From positions 1-35,061 of the forward strand of contig JAPEUG010000164.1 of assembly GCA_026025795.1 (NCBI GenBank): 35,061 nt of DNA. The letters are read 5' to 3'. Shown here piece by piece: positions 12,975 through 22,807 of this stretch. Below the pieces are notes generated by a model. The model made no database searches and was not told the DNA's origin. It worked only from the letters and a program-made list of their open reading frames with translations. Position 1 is the stretch's first letter. Each line of letters begins with the position of its first letter. Source of the DNA: Thelocarpon superellum (Eukaryota). The translations under genes and the position numbers were made by a program.

Positions 12975-13460
12975 TTTGCAGTCAACGACGCCGGCAGCGG
13001 CAGCAGCAACGGCAACAACAACAGCAGCTGCAGCGCGCCCTCACAGCTCCCCATTTCCGAGCCATGGATGCCGGATCTGGTCGCGATGCAATGGCTCGCC
13101 GCGACCGTGAACCTGCACCAAATCGGCATCAACGGGTCCGTCTCGCCCGCCAATGCCTCCTCTGCTCCCACGTCTGCCATCAACCCGAACGTCAGCATTC
13201 CGCAAATCGTCATCGAATCCAGCACCGAGACCTTCGGCGGTGCTGGTGTCGATGGCTCCGTGAACGCCACCATGCCCATCTATCTGTCCGTCATCAGCAG
13301 CTCAACCTACACTACTTTCGAATCGTATGTCGGCGGGACCGCTCAAGAACCTGGTCATGACAACTTTCTTGTCCAGTGGCTCATTGACCCGTACCGGATG
13401 TATGCTCAGGCGCTGTGGGCCGATTACCCCCAGGGAGAATGCAAGACGGGAGAGGCGTAG
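12445..13460 (+). CDS. secreted Cys-rich protein, M35 (deuterolysin)-like pattern without HExxH; exons 12445-12647, 12725-13460
   Basis: Signal-peptide-like MLRSLLVAAVLGAAHALA. Intron 12648-12724 (GTGAGC..GCTAAC..CAG) gives SEWDR|YFPG. Also FCPAFF, C-terminal IDPYRMYAQALW, many N-x-S/T sequons and an (AGC)n poly-Ser insert. Confidence 0.75.
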
Positions 13461-13486
13461 GGGGCTACGAGGTCATGGTTGTCCTG

Positions 13487-13514
13487 GTCGTCGTCGTCGT
13501 CGTCGTCGTCGTCA
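13487..13514 (+). repeat. (GTC)n microsatellite
   Basis: about 9 gtc units after the secreted-protein stop. Confidence 0.85.
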
Positions 13515-14168
13515 TTGTCCTCTTTCGCCTTTTGACGCCTTGTTTGCATCCTCTTTCCGGCCCTGTCGCGTGGGAGATGAATCGTTAATGTCTCGTTTGG
13601 ATATCGTGGATGGACGGATGGCGTTCTCTGTTGACTCCATGTCCAAACCAATCTTTCCCACAGTCATTCAATCAATATCCTCGTCCCTTTCCGTTCATCC
13701 AATCACTCACCGCCTCACTACTGCGCTGTTCATGGCTGCACAAGATGTGGGTGAAGTGAAGAATGTATTCTATCTATGTACTTCGCACGTAAGCAAGGAA
13801 GAAGGAGGTTGTGAGTCAGTAGGTAGGCAAGTGAGGCTCTGAACCACCTCGTCCCGGTCCTCCCATCCCATCGCTTTTCCTTTTTTCCCCCTGATCCGCC
13901 TTTTCCCGCACCGCACCGCATCACACCGGAATCCCTTGCATTGCCATGCTACCGGGTGCCAGGTGCAGGTGCCACTCCAACGCCACAAGACTCTTCGCTG
14001 GCCCGCTCGCGCGCTGGATTGGATCCCCGCTTACTCTTTCGCCTTCATCCGTGGATTTTGCAATGTAGAGATTCCCTGTCGGTGAAGCTACCGCGTAATG
14101 CACCGCAGCCCATGGAAACTCCCTCTCCCACGAGCTCCCTCGATCCCATGCACCCTCGCGCGCGTCCG

Positions 14169-17162
14169 TTACCGCTGATATCGCATCTCCCGCCGCGACC
14201 CCAAACCAGGTCCAGGGGCATTTCCATTCGTGGCGGCGCCAACCACGCTCCCTGTGCGAGCTGGCACTCCCTCGTTGAAAGCGTAGGATGATCCGCGTGG
14301 GAGGACCGAGTGCTCGTCCGGTCCTTTGCCGGTGATGGTGGCTCGGCGCTCGTACGCGGCGGGACTGGTGCGATCGAGGTATCGTCGGTTGTTGGACGAG
14401 AGAGGAGGCGTGTGTGGGTTCGGACTGGAGTTGAGCGCCACGCCCCCTCCGATGCCGCCCGTGCCGCCACCGCTGCTGCTGGACACAGAACTCGATGCCA
14501 GGTGGCGGCGCAGCGGGAGCGAGCTTTGCAGCGAGGATGACATACGCCGCGCTTCGGGCAGGGGATGCTGCGACGTGTACTCGCGTGGTGAGCTGCGCAT
14601 GTGGCCATGCGAAACTTCCGTCACCGCACGGGATGGCGCGCGGTATCCCACGTCGCTGGCCGTGTCCTCGACCGCGTCGTTGTGCAGGCTGCGAAGCACG
14701 ACCGATGATCGTTTGCTGCGTTGTCCATCCGGAAAACTGCCCGTGTTTGGGCCGACAACCGACGTCGCGGTCGGAGGCGTCTCTGGTAGCGGACGCGGGC
14801 TGTTGCCGCTGCTCATCGCCATGAGGCTGCTGCGCCGCGCCTCCACCCGGCTAAGCGCTCGTGAATTGGACCGCACTAACGCCATGGGATCCGCCTCTCG
14901 CGCGTCGGTGCGAGGGGTCGAGCCGGCGTTCACCTCCGATTGTCCGTCATGTTGCCCATATCCCGTCGTGGTGTCCCGGCTCCGTCGACGCTGCGCCTGC
15001 TCCATCGGGCTTCCCGTGTCCGACTTGGCATCGGTCAGGGCAAGGCACAGTTCCGTCAGACTGCGGCAGAGGCCGTCGGCTTTGCGCCGCAGCTGCCGCT
15101 CCGAGCTGATGCTGTTCCCACGCGCCGACGACGTCCCAGGAGAAACACCGCCTGTCATGGCGGCAATGGAGACGGCGTCCGATGCCGTGGCCTCCAGCGC
15201 ACGATAGAGCTCGGCGCCGAGCACGGGTTTGGATTTGGCCAACGCGGCGTTGAGCAAGGGATGCAGCGTGGGCACGCCGTTGGGTGTACCCGACGAGGCG
15301 CCAGGCGATGTCGCTCCCGCCACGACATGTTTCGGCGACGAGGAGATCGTCGTTCCCGTCGTCGTGGCCGTGCGAGGACGCTCGCCAGAGCCGTTCGAGT
15401 GGGCCCCCTTTTTGGCTTCGAGGTGGTGGATGCGCGACTTCAGCCCCTCTAGTTCGTCCCACATGGTGGAGGCGGGGGTGGTCGACACGGTGGACTCGGT
15501 GCCATCGGCGTGGGAATAATTCGTGGGGAGGTCCTGATGAAGTGGTGGGGGAGGTCCTTCCATCAGGCGCGAGCTGAAGTTGCGTGTCGCCCCGTACGAG
15601 AGGTTCGACTGGTGGTGCGAGTGCGATTGACTTCGTGTGGGCAGATTGCTACCGCCCGGCGACTCCGGGGTGGCCGGCGAGTGTGCAGAGTAGGCGTGGG
15701 ATTCTGGCGAGATCAGGGGCCCTCGCACGTTGCGAGGCGTGGAGAAGGAGGCGCGGGACGGCCGGCTGAAGTACCGTGCGCGCCCCGCGTCGTCCAGGGG
15801 ATGGGCGGATGCCGCGGACGAGCGAGCACGAGCAAGGGAAGAGCCCTGAGAGATCCGACGCGCATGCTGATAGATCCGTTCCTGCGACGTCGGCTGGTGG
15901 CCGTAGTCCCGTGAGGCCTCGCTGTACCGATTCGGTGCGGTCAAGGGCGAGGAGAAGGAGTTGGACGCGCCGGCCTGGTGTTGTGCCGGGAGCCCCAGGC
16001 GTGACCGTCGTTTCTCCGCGCGGGTCGAGGCTTCGAGCAGGTCGGCTTCGCGCTGGGAAGTGGCGCGAGCAAGATTGAGGAACAGATCTTCGGTGCTGGG
16101 CGCGGAATGTTTCAAGTCAGACCCGTTGGTGTCCATGGGACCATCGGTGGCCAGGTACGTGTGGGCGTGAACATCCTGGTTGGGATGCCCCTCCAGCGCA
16201 CGGAGGGTGCGGTCGCGGTCATCCTCCAAGAGATCCTCTCCGTATCGGTGGGGATAGGCGGGGTCCATGTCCTCCCGTCGAGATGCGCTGCCGCGCCCCG
16301 CGGACGGAATCGTCGTGGGGGTGGTGGGGTCGTTCAGGTCGCGCCCGTGGCGGGTGAGGTCGGCGGCGTAGGAACGCTGGGTGCTCAAGGCCGGCGGAGG
16401 TCCCTTGGACGTTTCGATCCCATGACTGCTCCAAGATGCCGGCGCTCGTTTGTGTTTACCGGGCGATCGGGACTCCGAACCCGACTGGATGGGCGACGAT
16501 TGGGCAGGGTCGACCACGGTGGGCGCAAGTGCCGTCGCATCCACCGGACCGGAAGTCGTCGACGGAGACGAGCGCGGCCGACGACCGTTCGATGGTCGCC
16601 GGATCAGGTGTGGGCTGGCGTCGGACGAGGCCGCGCTGGATGAGGGTCGTCGCGATGGGTGGGGCCGAAGATGAGGATGGGGATGCGGGCTCGGTCGTGA
16701 GGGACGGGCGGATCGGAGATGGTTGGTGCTGGTGGAGGTGACGGCGGTGGTGACGGCGGTGGTGGTGGTGTTGGCCGTGGTAGTGGACGTGGGATGGCCG
16801 GATAGGGAGTAGGGGGTGCGGTGCGGGTCGGGGGCGGCCGGCACTTGGGGATCTCCTGAAGATTGTCGCGACCGACGGGCGGAAGGGCGAAGCTGGCTCT
16901 GGCTGGGCGCGCTGGAACTGACGTCGGTGAGGACGACGACGCTGCTGTCATCGGTCGACTCGGGCTCTGCGTCGGTGGGCCATGTTGATTGGTCAGGCGC
17001 GCCAGTGAATGTGGGCGTGGATGTCGACGTCGACGTGGACGCGATGTCGTGTCCTGCGTGTGCGCTGCTGCTGTTACTGCTGCGGAGTGCTGCTGCTGCT
17101 GCACCGCTCCCTGGCGTGGTGCCCGTGGCCGTGGCCGTGGCCGTGGCCGTGGCCGTGCCCAT
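14169..17162 (-). CDS. large Ser/Pro/Arg-rich disordered protein, Mto2/Spa18-like non-centrosomal MTOC component (alternative start ATG at 17498)
   Basis: One uninterrupted ORF with islands ESTVSTTPASTMWDELEGLKSRIHHLE and LRRKADGLCRSLTELCLAL. These resemble, from memory, the coiled coil and the DALCRSLAELCLGL motif of S. pombe Mto2. Confidence 0.75.
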   Translation of the reverse strand: MGTATATATATATGTTPGSGAAAAALRSSNSSSAHAGHDIASTSTSTSTPTFTGAPDQSTWPTDAEPESTDDSSVVVLTDVSSSAPSQSQLRPSARRSRQSSGDPQVPAAPDPHRTPYSLSGHPTSTTTANTTTTAVTTAVTSTSTNHLRSARPSRPSPHPHPHLRPHPSRRPSSSAASSDASPHLIRRPSNGRRPRSSPSTTSGPVDATALAPTVVDPAQSSPIQSGSESRSPGKHKRAPASWSSHGIETSKGPPPALSTQRSYAADLTRHGRDLNDPTTPTTIPSAGRGSASRREDMDPAYPHRYGEDLLEDDRDRTLRALEGHPNQDVHAHTYLATDGPMDTNGSDLKHSAPSTEDLFLNLARATSQREADLLEASTRAEKRRSRLGLPAQHQAGASNSFSSPLTAPNRYSEASRDYGHQPTSQERIYQHARRISQGSSLARARSSAASAHPLDDAGRARYFSRPSRASFSTPRNVRGPLISPESHAYSAHSPATPESPGGSNLPTRSQSHSHHQSNLSYGATRNFSSRLMEGPPPPLHQDLPTNYSHADGTESTVSTTPASTMWDELEGLKSRIHHLEAKKGAHSNGSGERPRTATTTGTTISSSPKHVVAGATSPGASSGTPNGVPTLHPLLNAALAKSKPVLGAELYRALEATASDAVSIAAMTGGVSPGTSSARGNSISSERQLRRKADGLCRSLTELCLALTDAKSDTGSPMEQAQRRRSRDTTTGYGQHDGQSEVNAGSTPRTDAREADPMALVRSNSRALSRVEARRSSLMAMSSGNSPRPLPETPPTATSVVGPNTGSFPDGQRSKRSSVVLRSLHNDAVEDTASDVGYRAPSRAVTEVSHGHMRSSPREYTSQHPLPEARRMSSSLQSSLPLRRHLASSSVSSSSGGGTGGIGGGVALNSSPNPHTPPLSSNNRRYLDRTSPAAYERRATITGKGPDEHSVLPRGSSYAFNEGVPARTGSVVGAATNGNAPGPGLGSRREMRYQR

Positions 17163-19954
17163 GGTCGCTACTTGCCTAGGGGAGGTGCCCCAGCAAGCCG
17201 CAACGGTATGGGTGCGGCCTCCTTGCCAGACAGCCGCGACTTGGTAGCGACGTGCAGTGCCCGGTCGGACGGCTACCCCACAACGCGTCGTGAGGCCGGT
17301 GTCGCCGGTGTCGCCGTCAGGGTCACGACAAGTACCTGCATGACCAGGCGATCTGACGAGGCAGGTTACTTGTACTCTGGACCGCGCCCAGCGATCTACG
17401 ATTACGGGTGTGGTGGAGGTTGGGGATACGGAGTGCAACGGACGAAGTGCCGACGCCGCAATGTGATTGATTTGGTCCCGGGGACCAAGTGAACCCATCC
17501 GACTTGCGCTCAGGAGCACGAAAAGCTCCCGACCGCGTCCCAAACTGGAATAACGCCGTGATCGAGGCGGTGACCTACTGTAGCCCCCTGTTTCCGCCCT
17601 GGAGCTAAGTACCTCGCCGTCCCGGACTAAGACAGGGCCAGGCACTGGAGTTGCCAGTTATCCAGCGCTAAGGCCTCGGTAACTGCAAGACATGGGAGAA
17701 CCACCAAGGAAACGCCCACGACCGCTGCAGAGGTACTTCGTCCTGCTGGTCATTCTCCACCACAAGCACGTGACTCGCCGTGGCGAGGGCCCGTAGTATG
17801 GTGGTCAAACCAACCTCCACCAACGCCAATGAGTGCTGACAATTCAGTAATCCAAGAATCCAGTAATCCAGTAAGATGCTTGAAAACATTGTCATCCTTC
17901 GTATCGTGATTTTCTTCACTCGGATCTCGAGGTCAGGAGCGTGAGTGTCGATGTAAGCAAACCCCCTGACAGGGTCTGACAGGCTCGTGGGCTAGGGGGT
18001 GGCCAATTTCGGAGGACTGGCCCCCTCAATTGTTCTGTGGGAAACTTCTGCCGAAGCAACCCTGTCGCGAGGTGTCGCATAACAACATGACACTTTGGGG
18101 CCTAAATCCTATCGCACGATACAGGTATCATCCAGTTAAGGTGGCGTGGAAATCCAGGGAGGCTCTTGGGGCCACCAAATACTCGTACCACAACAATCCA
18201 CTACGTCGTCCACGGCACGGTCACGACCCCGGACACCCTCGACCGGACGCGACACCCCACGCCCGAGGCGACCAGCATCTCGTTTCATGCCGCGCTGCGA
18301 CGATCACGGCAGCCGCAAGGTTTGGTGGATGCATGAACGTGCGAGCTGGTGAATGTGTTCCAGACAATAGGGCAATGGACACTTTCCGACCTGACAGCAC
18401 TGGAGCGACGCATAACGTGCGATGTTGCCATGCCGTGTTCGACCTTTTTCGCCGCCGACGGCCAATCACCGAAATTCCGCCGCCGCGGTGAAACGGCGGC
18501 AACGGCAACATGGGCCCGCTTTTCCTAACACGTTCCCCTTCACCGACACCAGCCCCGAGCGCAAGCGGCGGCGCCGCCATCCACGCTGGGAGGTGCCCGA
18601 GGGTGATGACGGCAGCGCTCATGACGAATCCCCCAAGGCGAAACTGTTCCGAGTCTCATCTGGATGCACTCGTGACCAGGAACTATGCGCGTCAGCAGCG
18701 CCCGCTGCAGCGCCCGAGGCACCAATGCGGCGGTGGGGTCCGTCCGCGCAACCGGCCTGGGCGACCACGAGCGCCCGCAAACGAATGCAAGCACCGCGAC
18801 ACCACACACTCTTTGACCGAAGAGGCCGTGGCTGGCGCCTCACCCATGCCTCTGATTCGTCACTATTGGCGCCGCCGAGGGAAAGGGGGGGGTGGGTTGG
18901 CGCGAAACTGCCTGGGAATGGGTGCCAAGAGTGTTTAAAGTGTGGGTTCTCTACGGGTACAAGTACGGAGGGGTCACCCCGAGTAGAGGTACCGGCACGA
19001 GGGAGCACGTACGAGCCAGTCGTACGAGGACTGTCGAGGCAACGAGTACGGGGGACAGGTACAGGTACGAGGAGGATCGAAGGCGGCCGCCGACCAGACA
19101 GGGACAGGCCCTCGTATCATTCTTTTTAGGCGGTGGTGAGCGGTGATAGGCCGGGTGGGTCCAGCAGCACTATGGACCCTCCATGTTCCCCTCTCCCAAA
19201 CCAGGCGAGAAGCAAAAAGACCAGGTAGGCAGGAGACGCCGCTTCAGAGTCTCGGTCCGCGCGCGGGGGGGAGGCAAAAGGCGCGAGAGGGCCTCGCCTC
19301 CAGCCTACCGCCCGTAGTCGGATCTATCTTTAGGCACATCCCTCCCCTCCTTTTCGCACGCAGGAACGCCACATCGTCAAAGACCAATCTCTCCAACCGC
19401 TTTCCCGCCCGACGGCTCGCTCCTCCCTGCGTCCTGGTTGGTCCTCCGCCGCTGGTCCATTCTCCGTTACACTCGCGCATCGCTCCCGACCGAATCCACC
19501 CAACCAGCGACGGGGAGAAGGCGAGGCCCGAACGAGCGCGCTCCCTCGCCGCCCTTCCGCCCAAGACGAGTGGTGGTCGTGGTTCATTTTCGAGAACCGC
19601 TCGACGCTCTGAGACCACCACCTGCCTGCTACCGCTGGACGATGGCACCTGGCGTCTGGAGAAGCCTTCATTGACCGGCGTTTGTGACCGACCGACCCAC
19701 GGCCATCGTCTCGCCCTCGCTGGCTTCCACGGCTTGTCGTTGCCCGCCACCGGGCCGCCACCGAACGTTTGCGACACACCCGTCGCGTTCGCGCTGCTGC
19801 CCCGTCGGCTGAGGTCGCCGCCTCCACGCCACTCCCATCGCCCGTCAGCTCCGTCGTCGCCCGTCTCTCATCGTCACCCTCACCACCACGGTCGCCACCG
19901 CCATCGACGCCGCGTCCCTCGACGGTCCGGACTCTCGTCGAGTGCGGAACCGTC

Positions 19955-19994
19955 TCCCTTCCTTCCTTCCCTCCCTCCCTCCCTCCCTCCCTCC
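19955..19994 (+). repeat. (CCTT)/(CCCT)n pyrimidine tract, within a putative 5'UTR intron (19942-20024) of the MAPK phosphatase
   Basis: ccctt ccttccttcc ctccctccct ccctccctcc ctcc, flanked by a GTGCGG donor and CCTCAC..TCAG acceptor. Confidence 0.7.
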
Positions 19995-20035
19995 ATTCTG
20001 CCCCTCACGGTCGCTCGCCGTCAGCGTCGCGCACA

Positions 20036-22321
20036 ATGTCTCACGCCGTGCCATCACCCAGCATGCCCGTCGCTACCGCCCCTCTGCCCATCCATCTTCC
20101 TTCCTTCATGTCCGTCTTTGGGGAGGGCACGGACGGATTGACCCCGAAAGGAGCCGGCATTGCGGACTCGCACAATGCCTCGGGCGAGCACGCACAACCT
20201 GGTCGGATCGCCGCGCCCACCAGTACCAGTAATGATAATCACTACCATGCACAATACCAACATCGCGGGAGCATGTCGACATCAACCTCGACGTCAACTT
20301 CCACCTCCGCTTCGGCCTCGGACTCGACCGACTCGTCTCCGACGACCACCATCTCCACCGCCGACTCTACCGTCACCACCGACACGACCCCCGTCTCCTC
20401 CCCGGAGTCGCCAACCGCCATCGCGCCGCTGTCCTCGTTCAATCTGATGAGCCCAGCCTCACAGGCGTCAACCGACTCGATGATGAGTCCTCCGCTGAGC
20501 CCCTTCTCGGGCTACCACCAGCCCTTCTCGCCGGGCAAGAAGGCCCGGAACTCCAAGAACCTGTCCTTGAACATGTCCGCGCCCTCGCGGCCCACGGCGC
20601 GTCCGGTGCTGCAGGTCAAGACCGCTTCGGCCGCCGACCCGTCACAACCCCTCTCCGCCCCTCCGTCGCCTTCCTTCATCTTGCCGCTGAAGCCACCGCG
20701 AAAACGGTCGAGCAACCTCGGCCTGACGATCCAGACCCCCGCCACCCAGGGCCCCCCCGAGCCCGCGTCCAAGGGTCTCCGCATCATACCCGCCGCGCCA
20801 TCGCTGACGTTACCCAACACGCTACGCCATCACCAATCCTCGCCGTCATTATCGCTCTTCTCGCCGACCACGGGGGTGCCGGGCGGGATGAAGATGCCAC
20901 CCACCATCGCACCCGGCGCGATGAGACCCCGCATCATTCCCAGTCACTCGCGCCACTCCTCAAACGACCCCGGCTCCGCCATCTCCTCGCACGACTCGCC
21001 CATCATCTCGACCCAGCTGGATGAGCTGGAGGAAGAGGACGACTATGAGGTGCCTTTGTCGCAAGAGGCCTCCTCGCCCGCCTATCCGACTGGTCCGATC
21101 TGCATCTACGACCCCTCGGTCTACCTGTACTTGGAACCGACCGACTCCGAAGCCTCCGATTTCGATGTCATCTTCAACGTGGCGCGGGAAGTGAAGAACC
21201 CCTTTGGGTCAAGGCCAGCAAGAGAGGCGACGCCGGCGGACACATTGCCAAATGAAGCACCGCCCACCATCGACGCGGAGGACGGTGCGACCGCGGTTGG
21301 GGACGCGTCCGCCATGGACACCACCTCGCCCACCACTCCAAAGGCCAACTTGCCCGGAGCCGCACAGCCCGAATACATTCACGTGCCTTGGGATCACAAC
21401 ACCAACATCGTGGACGATCTCCTGCACCTCGTGGAGGTCATCGACGAACGCGTGCGGCAGGACAAGCGCGTCCTGATTCACTGCCAGTGCGGCGTGAGCC
21501 GTTCCGCCAGCTTGGTGGTGGCGTATGGGCTCTACAAGAACCCATCTTTGTCGGTGCAGGAAGCGTACGATGCGGTCAAGAACCGCAGCAAATGGATTGG
21601 TCCCAACATGAGTCTGATCTATCAGCTGTCAGAGTTTCGGACTAAGCTGCAGCAACGGTGGAGCAACGCGCAACCCAGCCTCCGGCCGCCACGGAGTAGT
21701 CGCGCCACGTTGGGATTATTGGGCGCCCCGCGTGCCAACACGGTCCCCACCATGAGCCCCACCAAGCGACCGGCTGCCTTTGGCGAGACCATCGAGAGCC
21801 CGCGGTCGGAACCGCTGACGGCGTCCCTTCCCGAGGACCGCGACCGAACGCCCGTCTGCCTGAGTCCGCTGAGTCCGTTCTCCCCCTTGCTGGGGCCTGA
21901 CGGGCTGGGCCCCCTCTCCCCTGGGCCCTCGTCGGCGCCGGCGGATGCGACATTCGAGCACCACACACCCGCCCCGAGAGAAGGGAAGGCGCCCCTGCTC
22001 GTCCCTGAACGGACCAGTCCGAAGATGTTACGGGGCTCCAAGTCCATCGCGGCCCTGCAGCTCCGTCGGGAGGGCACGCTACCTTCGCTGAGGCTGGCAC
22101 ACCAATGCGTCGCCGCCGACCTTCCACCGTCCCCCGCGCTGCTCTCGCCTCGCGCCTTTGAGTTTACGGCGAATCCCTTCCACATGGATTTCATTGCCTC
22201 ACCCACGTCGTCATTTGCCTCGTCGACCTCCCAGGCGAGTTCAATGTCCTTCACCGACCCTCGAAGCCCGGTGCATCGAGGAGAGGTACCCATCGTTCGG
22301 AACATCTTTGACGTCCTGTGA
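20036..22321 (+). CDS. MSG5: dual-specificity MAPK phosphatase (Msg5/Pmp1, WH-type)
   Basis: Catalytic VLIHCQCGVSRSASLVVAY, HVPWDHN (WH-type loop), YLYLEP, GPNMSLIYQL; N-terminal docking-like KKARNSKNLSLN. First in-frame ATG is at 20036. Confidence 0.9.
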   Translation: MSHAVPSPSMPVATAPLPIHLPSFMSVFGEGTDGLTPKGAGIADSHNASGEHAQPGRIAAPTSTSNDNHYHAQYQHRGSMSTSTSTSTSTSASASDSTDSSPTTTISTADSTVTTDTTPVSSPESPTAIAPLSSFNLMSPASQASTDSMMSPPLSPFSGYHQPFSPGKKARNSKNLSLNMSAPSRPTARPVLQVKTASAADPSQPLSAPPSPSFILPLKPPRKRSSNLGLTIQTPATQGPPEPASKGLRIIPAAPSLTLPNTLRHHQSSPSLSLFSPTTGVPGGMKMPPTIAPGAMRPRIIPSHSRHSSNDPGSAISSHDSPIISTQLDELEEEDDYEVPLSQEASSPAYPTGPICIYDPSVYLYLEPTDSEASDFDVIFNVAREVKNPFGSRPAREATPADTLPNEAPPTIDAEDGATAVGDASAMDTTSPTTPKANLPGAAQPEYIHVPWDHNTNIVDDLLHLVEVIDERVRQDKRVLIHCQCGVSRSASLVVAYGLYKNPSLSVQEAYDAVKNRSKWIGPNMSLIYQLSEFRTKLQQRWSNAQPSLRPPRSSRATLGLLGAPRANTVPTMSPTKRPAAFGETIESPRSEPLTASLPEDRDRTPVCLSPLSPFSPLLGPDGLGPLSPGPSSAPADATFEHHTPAPREGKAPLLVPERTSPKMLRGSKSIAALQLRREGTLPSLRLAHQCVAADLPPSPALLSPRAFEFTANPFHMDFIASPTSSFASSTSQASSMSFTDPRSPVHRGEVPIVRNIFDVL

Positions 22322-22666
22322 TTGGGTAATGGGTGATTTGATCTGGGGCGACGGCGATTGACATGTGGCGACTGGTGCCGGGGAGTTCTTCCGGGATTCA
22401 CGAGCAACGACTGATCAACTAAATTACTGGGCAACTGAGCGTCATCTTTTTCTCTTTGCGTATCAGACGCCGTTCGGTTCTCATCCTCGCTCGACGCTAC
22501 CTCCTCAGCCTACCTTGGACGGCCTACCGTCGGATCCAACTCCCTCTGACACGTCTCCCCCGTCTATGGACTCTCCTCCCGGCGAGTGAGCACCTAGACC
22601 GGCGCCGGTATTTGGTGCCACGATGATTCCTCTTCTTCCACCATCTCATACTGATCAGCTCGCCGC

Positions 22667-22807
22667 CATCATCATCATCATCATCACCCTCATCATCTTC
22701 ATCGTCCTCATCGTCCTCATCATCCTCATCATCCTCATCATCCTCATCATCCTCATCATCCTCATCATCCTCATCATCCTCATCATCCTCATCATCCTCA
22801 TCATCAT
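22667..22807 (+). repeat. compound (CAT)n / (CATCCTCAT)n microsatellite, about 140 bp, between the convergent MSG5 and YMR1 3' ends
   Basis: cat repeats grading into about 10 copies of a 9-bp unit. Confidence 0.95.

Noticed and set aside
17668..19129. Several 70-235 aa ORFs in the Mto2-like/MSG5 intergenic region (for example 18422-19129)
   Set aside because: No recognisable motif, often non-ATG starts, and overlapping on both strands, as expected by chance in GC-rich DNA.
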